In this document: piece after piece, positions 14,601 to 31,899 of the stretch
How positions within the stretch are numbered: position 1 is the first letter of the stretch
Layout: the number at the start of each line of letters is the position of its first letter
Assembly (NCBI GenBank): GCA_964016885.1
Contig: OZ024741.1
Span: 155,806,001-155,870,000 of the forward strand
DNA from: Eledone cirrhosa
Lineage: Eukaryota
Direction of reading: 5' to 3'
Length of the DNA: 64,000 bases
Translations under genes and position numbers: made by a program
Notes under the pieces: generated by a model
The model's input: only the letters and a program-made list of their open reading frames with translations
Databases searched by the model: none
What the model was told of the DNA's origin: nothing

Positions 14601-15150
14601 GGTTAAAGGAAAACAACCGCGACATAAACAAAAAAAGAGGTATAAGGATTCCTTGAAAGCCTCTCTGAAAGACGCTAACGCTGATACATGGGAAAATATT
14701 GCTGCTGATCGTAATAAATTGAGAACAACTGTATATGAGGGAAAAGTTGCCTTTGAGGCATCTCGAATCGCATACGAGAATGTAAAGCGGGATGTGAGGA
14801 AGGGCATTGCTGTTGCACTTCCAGACGGCGAGATTCCTCCTATGGTGCTGACATGCAGCGTCTGTGCGAGACTCAGCCTAAGCAAAGCTGGACTCGAATG
14901 TCATCTTCCCAGTCATAAAGTAAGACCAGTGGTTGACTACCAGGCTGCTGTTGGAGATGCTACTCATCATGCTTGCCAAACATGTGGTAGAGAATGTAAA
15001 TCAGCAGGAGGGATCAAGCGACATGCAAAAGTACACGAACTCCAACCACAGCCGACTATTCCCAGTGAATGTTTTGGTTGCCGACTCTGTTTAAGACATT
15101 TTAGATCATTGGCTGGGCTAAAAAGCCACATTCGATCGCAGCGCTGTTAG
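11603..15150 (+). mobile_element. near full-length RTE-clade LINE (APE endonuclease, RT, C-terminal C2H2 fingers), one frameshift near 14415
   Basis: 967-aa ORF with CWNLRTLLD, ALSETR, LGDFNARVG, LLDYVL, TDHRLV (APE) and FVDLTKAFD, GVKQGD, LLYADD (RT). The second frame continues RWSGHLARM..PKQLFYGEL and has three CxxC..H..H-like units. Confidence 0.93.
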
Positions 15151-15371
15151 TTGCTATCGTGTGCGTGTGTGTGTATAGATATGCTTATGTGTGTGCGTGT
15201 GTGTGTATATATATATGTATATGTATATTATTATTGTTGTTGTCGTTATTATTATTGTTGTTATTATCATTATTATTGATATTAATGTATGTATGTGTGT
15301 GTGTGTATATATGTGTGTGTATGTGTGTATGTATATATATGTGTATATATACATATATATATGTATGTATA

Positions 15372-15416
<45 letters not shown>

Positions 15417-15525
15417 CTTTTTTTTTATTTTTATTTTATTTTTTATTTATTTATAAATGTTTTTTTCTCCTCGTGCAAAGGCCATACTCGATAACGAGGG
15501 CGCAGCCATCATATATATATATATG

Positions 15526-15559
<34 letters not shown>

Positions 15560-15594
15560 GTGCAAATTTATATATATATATATACATAGTGGAA

Positions 15595-15625
<31 letters not shown>

Positions 15626-15708
15626 CGTTATTCCGGGTTGAATCGGAGGTAACCACAGTAAGTAAGGTACTCAATACATAGCAGAGTATAATAGTTTTAA
15701 TATAGAAG

Positions 15709-15759
15709 AGATTCTACAGGACTAGAACTGTTTCATTCATTAGAAATCATCAGGAATCT
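15709..15759 (-). ncRNA. type I hammerhead ribozyme with full stems
   Basis: AGATTC-CTGATGA-TTTC TAAT GAAT-GAAACAG TTCTAGTC CTGTA-GAATCT; 6-bp stem I, 4-bp stem III, GUA cleavage triplet. Confidence 0.85.
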
Positions 15760-16199
15760 GGGTATCAAAAAATAAATATGGTATTTATAGGTCTCTACAA
15801 GTGGTAGGAGAGGGTGGGGAGTGGGATGGGTGCAGGTCATTGGTTGATAGAGAAGGGAATTCATTAAAGGCTAATTCTACATAGCTATAGTTAATTTATA
15901 TTTATTTATGTTTTTAGAGTAACAAAGGCAGACAGAAATCTATAAACAAGTTCCGGATGGCATACCATTCCTTGTCAATAAGTTTCTCTTAAGCTAGCAG
16001 ATGTCTATAAAATCAGTGGGGGGTCATTCATGCTCGATAGAATTAAAGGAAAGGGAGATTCTTTAAAAGCTAAAGTCATTAAGTTCTGCTAAGTGACAAA
16101 GGTCTAGGGAATTCTGCAGACAGATTCAAAATACTGAGTGCATATCTTACTATTATCTTCGAACTTCTCTTAAACTAATCAACAATATGCCAAATCAAC

Positions 16200-16499
16200 A
16201 GACACATTCACAAAAAAACAAAAAAACCCCAAAAAAACCAAAAAACCAGAAAAAAAAAAAAAAAAAAAAAAAACCACACCTAAAAAAAAAAACCCAAAAA
16301 AACACACATACTCACTCACACACTTACGCGCAACCATAAACACACACATAAACACAGATACACACATAAAAACACACACACATATATAAAAAAAGTATAT
16401 AAATATATACAAATATATATTCATGTACACGCACATACATACACATATACATACATACATACATATATAAAATACATATACACATATACATACGCACAC

Positions 16500-16581
<82 letters not shown>

Positions 16582-16694
16582 CACACACATACATATACAT
16601 ATATACACATATATATATATATACACACATACACACACACACACATACATACATATATATATACACATATATATACACACATACATATATATAC

Positions 16695-16739
<45 letters not shown>

Positions 16740-16744
16740 CATAC

Positions 16745-16777
<33 letters not shown>

Positions 16778-16914
16778 CACACACACACGGATACACACAC
16801 ACATACACATGCATACACACATACACACATATATATATACACAAGTGAATACACTCACACGCATACATACAAACACGAGTATACATATGTATAAATATCT
16901 ATACACACACACAT

Positions 16915-16965
<51 letters not shown>

Positions 16966-17074
16966 CATATACACACATACACATACATACACACACACAT
17001 ACACATATATACACATACATACATATATATATATACATACATATTTATACATACATATATATATATATATACAT

Positions 17075-17123
<49 letters not shown>

Positions 17124-17184
17124 TACATACACACACACACATATACATACATATATATATATCTCTCTAAACACACACATACAA

Positions 17185-17232
<48 letters not shown>

Positions 17233-17233
17233 G

Positions 17234-17265
<32 letters not shown>

Positions 17266-17387
17266 TATATATATACATACATATATCCATACATACACAA
17301 ACATACACATGCATACACAGACCTATACATAAATATACACATATATATACAGAGATATAACGCACAAATACACACACATATATACAT

Positions 17388-17459
<72 letters not shown>

Positions 17460-17475
17460 GCATACACACACACAT

Positions 17476-17509
<34 letters not shown>

Positions 17510-17594
17510 TTACACACACACACGCGTGCATACACACATACACACACCCACACACAAAATATATATACACACACACATTCTCTCTCTCATGCAC

Positions 17595-17650
<56 letters not shown>

Positions 17651-17923
17651 TTTACTCTTTTACCTGTTTCAGCCAATATATATACACAGACACATACAAA
17701 TACATACATACACACACATACACATACACATACATACATACATATATATATATACATATATATACATATATACATATACACGCATGCATATACATATACA
17801 CATACATATACATACACATACGTACATACACACACACACATATATGTACATATACACTCACAAATACACACACATATATATACACACATATATACATATA
17901 CATACATACAAACACATACATAT

Positions 17924-17964
<41 letters not shown>

Positions 17965-18002
17965 CACACATATACACACATACACACACGCACACGCACA
18001 CG

Positions 18003-18040
<38 letters not shown>

Positions 18041-18106
18041 TATATATACATATATATATACACATATATATATATATACATAAATATATATATATATATA
18101 TATCCA

Positions 18107-18144
<38 letters not shown>

Positions 18145-18281
18145 CATATACATACACATACATATACACATATACACATATATACAGACAAATATATACA
18201 CACACACATATACAAACATACATATACATACACATACATACACACACACATATACATACACATACATATACGTACATATAC

Positions 18282-18334
<53 letters not shown>

Positions 18335-18474
18335 AATACATATACATACATACACACACATACATACATACATACAAACATAAATACAGACACATACAAA
18401 CATATACCTGCATAAATATACACACATAAAACACGTATTCACACAAACATATGTATATATACACATATATACAT

Positions 18475-18527
<53 letters not shown>

Positions 18528-18650
18528 TACATACATATATATATATATATATACATACATATATATATACACATACACATACATATATATATACACACAC
18601 AACACATACACATATACACATATACAAACAAATATATACACATACAAGTA
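16200..18650. repeat. mixed (CA)n/(TA)n microsatellite
   Basis: direct reading. Confidence 0.9.
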
Positions 18651-18824
18651 AATAGGTACTCAGTAAATATACGCATATACACAGGCACATAAAGACACCT
18701 CTACAGGCAGAAAAAGTAGATACAAAAGAGGTACTCACATGACCATAGTGGCCGTATTTCAGGTTGAGGAGGGGTGGGGGTAGGGTGGGGAGGAGGTATA
18801 GGGGCCAATAGGGGGAGGTCGTTT

Positions 18825-19503
18825 TTAGCCATCGGGCTTTAACACTGGCTTAAAGTGTTTGAATGTTGCAAAGTTCTTGTGCATGCAGTTCGGGCAGTGT
18901 TCAGAGAGTTTGTTCAGTAGCGGGCCCTTGGCGAATAAAATTTCGTAACTCTCTGAAATACAAAGGTCGCAGCCCTTGTGTCCTCCGTCGTAAGAGCGCG
19001 CTTTCTGGAGTATTTTCCAATTAAGCGTGAAGGGGGTGGAGTTCCTTTTGAGGTCCCAAACGTAGGAGGCGAGTGTTGTTTGGTTTGATTTATCCGGTCT
19101 TCTGAAGGAGTGGGTATGGGCATACCAGCGGGTCTTAAAGGTGTTGGATGTCATGCCGATGTAAGTTTTTTTGCAATCCTCGGTGCCCGAGATGACATCG
19201 CATTTGTATACGATGTCGTTTGTGAGGCATTTGTTTTCTAGTGGGCATGTTTCCTTATTTAGGCAATTACATAGAGCCCCAGCCCGGGGATTGGTTTCGG
19301 AGGTGGTTGGCTTATTTAGTTTAGAGTTGTGGTTGGCTATATTCCTAGCTAGGTTAGGTGTGGTGGAGTAAGACAGTCTTATAGTGTTCTTATTAAAGAT
19401 GGTGTAGTACCTATGTTGTATGGGGAAGTGTAATTTCAGTAAAGTGAAGAAAATCCTAGCTATCGGAGTAGATACCTCTCTATTGAAGGGAGGGTTGTAC
19501 CAG
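18825..19503 (-). mobile_element. 5'-truncated Naiad-like PLE, GIY-YIG endonuclease end
   Basis: WYNPPFNREVSTPIARIFF..HRYYTIFNKNTIRLSYSTTPNL..LCNCLNKETCPLENKCLTNDIVYKCDV..TYIGMTSNTFKTRWYAH..YVWDLK..CDLCISE; the frame appears open to the stop at 18825. Confidence 0.88.
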
Positions 19504-19691
19504 CTAATCTAATTTATTGTAAATGACTGAGAGTTTATTCTCAAAATATAATATAATATATTTATATATATATATAAATAATATATATATATATATAAAT
19601 AATATATATATATATAAATAATATATATATATATATATATAAATAATATATATATATATATAAATAATATATATATAAATAATATATATAT

Positions 19692-19727
<36 letters not shown>

Positions 19728-19767
19728 CAAATAAAATATATTTATATATAAATAATATATATATATA

Positions 19768-19839
<72 letters not shown>

Positions 19840-19882
19840 CACCTCAACAACATATGTATTTGTCTATACCACACTAATTCGG

Positions 19883-19937
19883 ACTTCCTGAAGAGGTCAC
19901 AGCCAAAGATGGCTGTCACCGAAATATATATAGCAGT
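19883..19937 (+). ncRNA. type I hammerhead ribozyme motif
   Basis: ACTTC-CTGAAGA-GGTCACAGCCA AAGA TGGCTGTCACC-GAAAT ATAT ATA-GCAGT followed by AATAAA. Confidence 0.75.
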
Positions 19938-20487
19938 AATAAACGAAGCTAAATTTTAAACATTTGACTTTTATTTTACTTTATATTATATATATATATA
20001 TATATATATACATTTAAAGTGTACGATAAACACGAAATGTGTTTACATTGCAACAGACAAAGTTAGCTATTAATGAAATAAACTAATAAAAGTGAATACA
20101 ATTTGTCTGTCTCGATATAAGTCAATAAAGACAATATTATATTGGCAACAGCCATGATTCCTGGACATATTTAAATTTCAAAATTCAAACCTGTTCTGTA
20201 GACGAATTTGAACCTCGAAACCCAAATAAGTTTCGCAACGGTGGAATGTGAATTGAAAAATAAAGAGAATCGAAATGGAATAGAAATAAAAGAGTGAAAT
20301 ACCCAAATCTTCTGTGCTTATCAACAGGAATCCAGTAAGATTAGTTTATCACACATCAAAAATTTTGCAGGACTGACTACACGTGGGTAGGCAGGCCAAA
20401 ACTAGCTATCCCACATTCACGGTGCTAGAAATAACAGCCGCTTATGCAGGATTAAGGATCAGCTCATACAATAAAGGAGCAATACAT

Positions 20488-20680
20488 TATATTATATTTT
20501 GAGAATAAACTCTCAGTCATTTACAATAATTAAGCTCCAGGAAGGGTCTCTTCCGAGCAGTTAATACATTTAAAGTGTATTTATCGTACACTTTAAATGT
20601 ATTAACTGCTCGGAAGAGACCCTTCCTGGAACTTAATTATTGTAAATGACTGAGAGTTTATTCTCAAAATATAATATAAT
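20488..20680. repeat. inverted repeat, ~92-bp arms, ~8-nt spacer
   Basis: The arms are reverse complements with one visible mismatch. Confidence 0.85.
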
Positions 20681-23598
<2,918 letters not shown>

Positions 23599-23687
23599 TA
23601 TTGAACTTTCCGTTGAAAATTGAAAAAGTCATAGGAGTGAAGAGTGCTCTATGTAAGTTACAGAACTAAATTTAATGTATAATAAAT

Positions 23688-23812
23688 AATTGTTTCTACT
23701 TTTGGCACAGGGCCAGCAATTGTCCAGTGTATTACTGTACTTTGTTTTATCGACCCCGTAGGGATGAAAGGCAAAGTTAACCTCGGTGGGATTTGAACTC
23801 AGAATGGCAAGG
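23688..23812 (-). mobile_element. tRNA-derived SINE (Meta-domain-like), 5'-truncated
   Basis: Homologous to the 24685-24876 copy. Confidence 0.85.
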
Positions 23813-23939
23813 GAATACAATATAATTACCTCATTACCAGAGGTTTCCCGAATAAGAAGTATTTTACTACATAGAATTAATCTGTTAGTTTGTATCTTAA
23901 AAATCCCCACTAATAGACTACCTAATTTTTAAATATCTA

Positions 23940-23999
<60 letters not shown>

Positions 24000-24030
24000 C
24001 ACGTATTATATATGTATATGTATATATATG

Positions 24031-24211
<181 letters not shown>

Positions 24212-24684
24212 TGGTATATGTGTATATTGTTATGTGTATATGTGTATTTTGTGTTTGTGTGTTTATGTGAACGCGTGTTTGCACGTATGTAAGTTGTGTA
24301 TATGTGTACATCGTGTTTTGGTTGACGTAAGTTTGATGAACATATGTGTATTTACCTGTAGGTATGTGTGTGCGTGCGCTATATACGAATTTAGGTGTGT
24401 ATATTTATATACCTTTATATAATTATATATATACACACACACAAACATATATTTTTTATGTGTATTTGGTATATACGTTCATATGTGTGCGGTTACAGGT
24501 GTCGCGCGGGTTTATGTATGTATGCGCGTGTTTATGTGTACGTGCATGCATGGCGGGGTTCTCGCGTATGCACGTGTATGTACGTATATATATGTGTCTA
24601 TGTTTATATTTAATTATTATTGATTTTAATAACCTCCGTTATTTTCGTTCTACTAATTTATTTACATTATTCTTAACACAGTAT

Positions 24685-24876
24685 GGCGGTGGAATGGCAG
24701 TATCGGTAGAGGGTCGGACGCCATGCTTTGACGCATAGAGTTACGGCCCTTGCCATTATGAGTTCAAATCCCGCCGAGGTTAACTTTGCCTTTCACCCTT
24801 ACGGGGTCGATAAAATAAAGTACCAGTAATACACTGGGTAATTGCTGGCCTTGTGCCAAAAGTAGAAACAATTATT
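24685..24876 (+). mobile_element. full-length tRNA-derived SINE (Meta-domain-like) with 14-bp TSD
   Basis: A-box-like TGGCAGTATCGG, B box GAGTTCAAATCC, body GCCTTTCACCCTTACGGGGTCGATAAAATAAAGTACCAG. TSD ATTATTCTTAACAC at 24666-24679 and 24871-24884. Confidence 0.9.
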
Positions 24877-25314
24877 CTTAACACTGAAGCCGAGAATTAT
24901 TCGGTTTCCCAAATAGAATATTAGTCTACGATTTCATTTATACTATAACCGTGGTTTTGTCTTTGCGTTTAATTGTTCTCACGACCACATAACGAGATAT
25001 TATCTTCGCTTTTTTCCGTTCATTGTCAGGGAACGTCTTCACGAACTAAAATATCCTCTTCCTGTTTTCCTTCGAATACAACGTTTTTAGAAATATTTAC
25101 TTCTGCGTTCACAGATTGATTCTTTTTAGTTGCAGAAGATCGCGTTAAGGGTGAAAGCAGTGATTCTTTGCTCAAACTTTAATCTGTTATTTTAATAAAT
25201 ATTTGCTCTATGGTTCTTATATATTTGATATATATTTGATATATATTTATCCTTATCGAGCCCTCTTTGGACTTTAGTCTTGAAATTTATTATTATTACT
25301 ATATATATATATAT

Positions 25315-26905
25315 GGCTAAACCATTTTAGGAGCCTACTAGGAGGGCTGCCCTCCACAGCCCAGAGTACTGGGGAGATCACGCGGCTGTTTGAAGAACTG
25401 GATATTGAGACAGAGCCCTTCACCAGAGAGGAGCTTCAGAGAGCCAAGAAGAAGATCAAGGAGGGCAAGGCTCATGGAGAAGATGGAGTGGCATCAGAGG
25501 TAAGAACATGTGTGATTTTGATGATATCATCCTGGGGTTCTGTAACCAGGCACTGGAGAAAGAAGTTGCCCCTGATCAGTGGAGGATCAGTAACATCGCC
25601 CCGGTGCCAAGATGGGAGATCTCTCTAACACGAACAACTACAGGGGGATCTCACTGACGTCACTTGTGGCAAAGACCCTCAACAGGATGATTCTTAACTT
25701 GATCCAGCCTGAGATGTTGAAGGAGCTCAGGAACAACCAGAACGGCTTCAGAGAGGGAAGATCAACCACCAGTCACATCCTGATGCTGAGGAGGATATTA
25801 GACGGAGCTAGAGCAAAGTGCCTTCCTACGGTTATGGTTTTCATTGACTTTAGGAAGGGCTTAGATTCTGTGGACCGTCACTGCCTGATGAAGATCTTAC
25901 AGGCTTATGGAATCCCCATGAAGATAGTGGACCTGATATCACTGCTCTACACCAACACCAAAGCCCAAGTCATTACACCTGACCGGATGACAGAGTTCTT
26001 TGAGATACTGGCTGGAGTGCTCTAGGGAGATACATTGGCTCCCTACCTTTTTATCATCGTAGTGGACTATTGTATGCGCCTTGCACTGGAGGAACACCAG
26101 GACTCTGGATTACTGTAGCAGGAGAGTTAAGGCGGAAAAGATATCACATGCTTAATTTGCCGACGACATAGTTTTGTGTGACAAATACAGTGAAGGAGGC
26201 AGAGGATTTGATGCAGAAGGTTGAGACTTTGTCGATGAGTGTGGGGCTGAATGAGACTAAAACAAAATATCTGGTAGAGAATGTTGAGAAGCCAGAGGGG
26301 ATCACTAATGTAGGCGGGAAGCCGCTAGAATTGGTTGAGGATTTCCTGTATTTGGGAGCAAAGATTGGGAATACGGAAGATGATGTGGCTGAGAGGAAGA
26401 GCAAAGCCTGGGCGGCGTGCCACAGTTTGAGATGAGTGTGGAAGTTAGACCTTCGTAAAGACCTGAAAATCCACCTCTTCATTGCTGTAGTGGAGTCTGT
26501 GCTGCTGTTCGGGTTTGAGACATGGACACTGACCAAGAAACTCACTCAGATGGTGGATGAGTGCTACACGAGAATTCTGAGGATGGCTCTGAACATTAAT
26601 CAGTATACACCGAGGATGAAAATCTCAGAGCTGTATGGGAGCCTCCCAAAAGTCAGTTCAAAAGTGACATAGAGGAGACTGAGGTTAGCTGGACATGCTC
26701 ACCGACATCCAGAAATGACATTGCACTCAGTGCTCCTGTGGGAGCCCCTACACGGAAACACTGAAGTGGAAGACCAAGGTTAACGTATGTTGATGCCCTA
26801 AGGACAGACACTGGTCTGTTGGAGACGCAGGACATGGCAGCGATACTGAGGGACAGAGACCGCTGGAGAGAACTCGTCCAGGGATCTCGGGAATTTTACG
26901 CGTCC

Positions 26906-26908
<3 letters not shown>
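25315..26908 (+). mobile_element. decayed 5'-truncated RTE/RTEX-like LINE RT with (GA)n tail
   Basis: NYRGISLTS, NQNGFREGRST, FIDFRK, GVL*GDTLAPYLF, FLYLG, ESVLLFGFETWTLT, RRLRLAGH; (GA)n at 26911-26982. Confidence 0.88.
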
Positions 26909-26987
<79 letters not shown>

Positions 26988-27222
26988 TTTTAAATCCCAA
27001 CTGACAGACTAATTCTATGTAGTCAAATGCGGAGTAAGCACATGTTATTATCTAATTTTCAAATTCGCTAGTCGTTTATAAATAAAGCCTGCTTTGTGTC
27101 ATTAAACTCTGTTGTTGGTGATCGAACTTTGTGGAGAAAAATATCTCATGTGATGCGCAGTCTGTAACTGGCGGAGTTTAGCGTAGAAGAGATATATTTC
27201 AACACACACACAGATACACCCC

Positions 27223-27261
<39 letters not shown>

Positions 27262-27729
27262 TAAATTCAGTGAGAATCGCATTTCGGCGAGTAGAAAAAG
27301 CGAAACGCAACGCAAATTCCGAGTCCTGCCGGCGAACACTCCATGGGCTAAAGAGACCAGAGCAATAAACATAGGTTATAAAGGCCATACAAACTGAGAA
27401 GGCGTTCAAGAAGCCATTAACCACCTAAGCCAAAAAAACGAGTCGAGCTAAACGGGTCAGACAAAATAATCCAGTACAGGATTTCTGCGACACCTAAATC
27501 AATAATACTGTCTGCTTAAAACAATAAGCTTTTGGTATAATGATCGAACGAGGAATATCACGTTATCAACAGGTATTTTGTTCTGTGCCAGTGATGTGGA
27601 TGACACAGTGTTTTGTAAAAGCACATGTGTAATATAAATATTCTCGGCAGAGATATTCTGCTAGAAAACGCGTCACATGTCGCGGATAACGACACGATCA
27701 CCAGATACGATGTTTAGTTGCGATATAAA

Positions 27730-28580
27730 CGCCAACTGCCGGACAAAAAAGCACCCCCGAACCAACAGTGGTAAAGTACTAGGGGAGATGGAGTAATGGG
27801 TGACACCTGTAACTCCCAAGAAGACTCACACAACCCAGTGATGTGGCTATGACGAGGCGTGTAAAGCCACCTCTAACAAGTCTTGCTTTCGCGGGTTGAC
27901 AAGTTACCAGATTGATGACTAGCGTGAATAATACCACCGAAACTGCAACTGCAATATGGTGAAAGGAACAAAAACGAAGCATACCGCATCTTCCTTCGCG
28001 CCGGTGAATAAGTGACGCATTTAAGTCTTAGATAGCGGGGCCTGTTGGAAAAATATATTGCAGTCTCCATTTCATGCTGCAAAAACTGGCGATGGACCTG
28101 CGACCTGTCCTGGAGGCGTGGTATGGACGCACAAAGATTCCATATCCGAGACCCCAAAGAGGGTTCAGAAGGGAGCAAACTGACAATTGGATCCTGGAAC
28201 ATCACTGCCGTTACAGGTAAGGAACAGGCTAGATGCTACCGCCTAGATATAGTCAGGGTTTCCCCAACAAAGTCCCGTGGCTCTGACACCATAGATTTAG
28301 ATAGAGGATGTGGCGCAAAAAATGACTTCACAGGTGAGAGTGGGGATACTCACAAGCTTCCGGCTGTCAAAATGTGTTATGGGCTGAATTCCATTACGAG
28401 GAAGATTTGCCACATGAAGCTTAGGCTGAAAGATGTGCGTGCTGCAAGTTTATGCACTAAGAAAGGAGTTCGAATACATGTCAATCTTTGATGAAGTCAC
28501 TGTAGCATTAGCTGTAATTAAAAGTAATACATCCTGACGGGAGACTTCAATACACATATTGGCACTGATGACCTGGTATG
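27730..28580 (+). mobile_element. decayed 5' part of an RTE-like LINE (UTR + APE fragment)
   Basis: LTIGSWNITAVTGKE..YRLDIV..TKSRGS and ILTGDFNTHIG remnants. Confidence 0.6.
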
Positions 28581-31132
28581 TATAAACTCTCTAACAACTT
28601 AAAATTTAAGAAGTAGCAAATAACATATATATATGTAAAAACTTTCAGAAATATGCTTTACATCTCAATAAAAAAGATTGCTAAGAATCTACTTTAGAGA
28701 AGCTTATAAATATAAAAATAACTTAAATAAAAATACAGACTATCCAACGGATAGATCCCAGTAAATTAATTTAATCTGAATTAACTCTTTTTATACATAA
28801 TCGGGTATATAAATCGTAGTTACGTTCTGTTGGAAACAGCAACTTAATTAGAAGTTTATCCCTCAAAATCTTTTTTTATTTAAAAATTATTTGAAAATCA
28901 TATTGTGTCTTTCAATGAAAAATACGGTAACATAAACGTTAAACTGTTTATATTCATCTAAAATCGTTCATCATGTACATATATTTGTCATATTCAAAAC
29001 AATTTAACAATGAGAAAGGTAGATATATCACTGCACTTTTCCAAAATTATTTGAAAATCTTGTGTATCTTTTATCAGAATATGAAAGCAAATGAGTTTAA
29101 ATGTTTGTATTTATCTGAACACATTCCACCACCATTGTATGAAGAAACCTTTGTTAACTTATGTTCAAAATATCAGCTTAACAGCGAGAAGTTTTATTAC
29201 CAAATAATTGTTTATTTTCAAAATGATTTGAAAATCTTAGTCAGTGTCTTTCATTAGAAATATAGCAACGAAAGGGCTAAATCAACGTGTGAACAAGGGT
29301 TATTCTTTATTTAGCGGCTCACACACCACAGGTTGGCAATATAAGAAATATAATAAGGATATTGTTTATACTGCCAAATTAGTGAAAATGTTTGTCCAAA
29401 ATGGTTAATGAAATGGAAATATTAGATTTCAATTTGGACAGATTCCAGACAGGATACTTATAGAAACATACCTGACAGATCTTGAAAGAAACGCTGAAAT
29501 CAATTTCAATAAAAGTTGCAAAGCAAAAGAATCATTTCAATTTAGAGTTTGCATTGTAGAAAAAAAAAACATCTATTGGTTTTGTGATTGAAAAGAACCA
29601 AGTAGAGTTAAATTAAATTAATACAATTCGATGAGATGCATTGATGATTAATGCCTGTTATTGAGAGTAAAGTAAAGCGACTGTTCGCCATTTTATAGAT
29701 GGTAATTTTGGGGAAGAAAAATGTTTCGTGAATGAATTATATGTAGTGTGTATCAGACTGTGAGTGTGTGAATTCCATCCGCTCCAAATAGTCCAGTTGT
29801 TCGATAAACGGAAGAACCTCTTCTTAAAATTAACATACAAGTGGCTGAGTATTCCTCATATACAGGTACCCTTAACGTAGTTTTCAGGAACAATACCAAA
29901 ATTTAGGTTTGTGATTTGAGGGTGATGTGGCTGCTACAAGTTTCAAATCCTAAGAAAATGTCTTCTTTTTATCGGTCTTTTAGATTACTTGTATAGAATA
30001 TAAATATATTTTAAGCTAATTCAATATTCATGTTATAAACATTCTCTGGCCCGTTAGTTTCACAAGCAGATTGTTCCTTTGATCGAAGAACTCGAGCACC
30101 CGTCGTCGGGACCGACCGAGATCCACCAGCAGCTGGTGGTGCTCAGGTATAAAACGTATTATATACAGCAAAAACCCCTTGTTATTGTGTATTCTATCTT
30201 CAGCCAATGGTCTATCCGAGTATCAACAGAGGTGGTTAATCGGTCTATATTTGAAATTTATTTCATTGGAACTTTACGCTTATTTATGCCTTTCCTGAAG
30301 CTTCTTCAATATGTATATTTAAGATTTGAAAATATTGCGTATCTCTTACAGATGTAAGCTATTAGGGTTTGAACTTTGAGGGAGCAGGACAAACAACGCA
30401 AGGTATTTCGTCTGGTGCTCTAAAGATCCTGCTATCTTAATTTTACCTCGCGAAGCATTACATACATTTTAAGGGGGGAGAGAACCATTGAGTTGAGAAA
30501 CAAGTTTTATTTAAAAAATCGATGCTTCACTGATGATATCATATAAAGCTGATTGTAGATTATCGGATATGGTGGATGTACTCACACAACTTCCATTTTG
30601 TGTGAGTTTATAAATTGAGAGAAAGCTGTGAAATATATCATAAATAATGTTTATAGATAAAATACGGTAAAATATGTTTGTCACATTTATTTACTGCAAC
30701 AGTTTGCAATCAATATTTGGCAGATATATGCAGGCCAGATCGATTCTAAAAAGTTGTTTTATCGATCTTGCATCTAACTGAATAGTTTTGTGCTTCAGTT
30801 AAGTGGAACTATTTCAACACATTTTCTATTCGATCTATTTCATATATTATGTTCAAAATGAGCGGCAATCATGACGGATTTCACAGATTTTTAGATTCTC
30901 TCTGTTCCATAAATAAAATTAAAATAATCCATTTATCACATTAAGCTCTTTGTAATATATTTCCTGATAATTGCTTATTATTGCAATTGTTAATTCTTTT
31001 TATTGACCTCTTACTTTTATTATCTAATCGAACTTTTCATGCGAATTATATTTGAAATGAATGATGCATTACGCATCAGCTTATGAATAACTACCAGAAA
31101 TATTGCACTCCGTCGGTATTTCTGCCAGTATA

Positions 31133-31170
<38 letters not shown>

Positions 31171-31322
31171 CGAGGGAGAATGTGTGTGTGTGGGTGCTTG
31201 CGTGCACGCATCCTATTGTACTAGCAGAAATATTGTCCCCTCTGCGGTATATTTGCTAAAGTAAGTGTGTGTGTGTGTGTGCGTGTGCGTGTGCGTGTGC
31301 GTGTGCGTGTGCGTGTGCGTGC

Positions 31323-31365
<43 letters not shown>

Positions 31366-31504
31366 TTTGTGTGTGTGTGTGTGTGTGTAATTCGTAATGT
31401 ATAAATGTATAAAAATGTATGAAAGAAAACATTTTTTACATAAATATTTGATGATCACACAGTGACATATTTTGTCTTGCGATTTATTTAATAATTCTTT
31501 CTAT

Positions 31505-31710
31505 CAGTCACAAGCCAGCAATTTGAGAGATGGGGAAAGTGGATTATATCATCGCCAGTACGTGATTAGTACTTTATTTCATCGACCTAGGAAGGATGGA
31601 AGGTAAAGTTGACTTTGGCAGAAATTGATCTCAGAATGTAAAGAGCCGGAACAAATACTACTATGCATTTGTCCGACGCTTGAACGATTCAGCCATTCGT
31701 CCGCCCTTCA
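31505..31710 (-). mobile_element. diverged tRNA-derived SINE
   Basis: Reverse complement resembles the SINE body (CCTTCCATCCTTCCTAGGTCGATGAAATAAAGTAC). Confidence 0.7.
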
Positions 31711-31899
31711 ATTCATAAGACGACGTTTATTCTCTATGAAAAATGGTGATGCCCCTACTTAAGCGAAGATGGGTAACTAGTAATAGGCAGTGCCATGTTT
31801 CAAACGATCTAACACAGCAACTTCAATAAGATTCGAACATGTACCGATTTTGGAATAAAGCAATTTCTTATCAACTCTCCAATACTATAAAGCTTTAAC

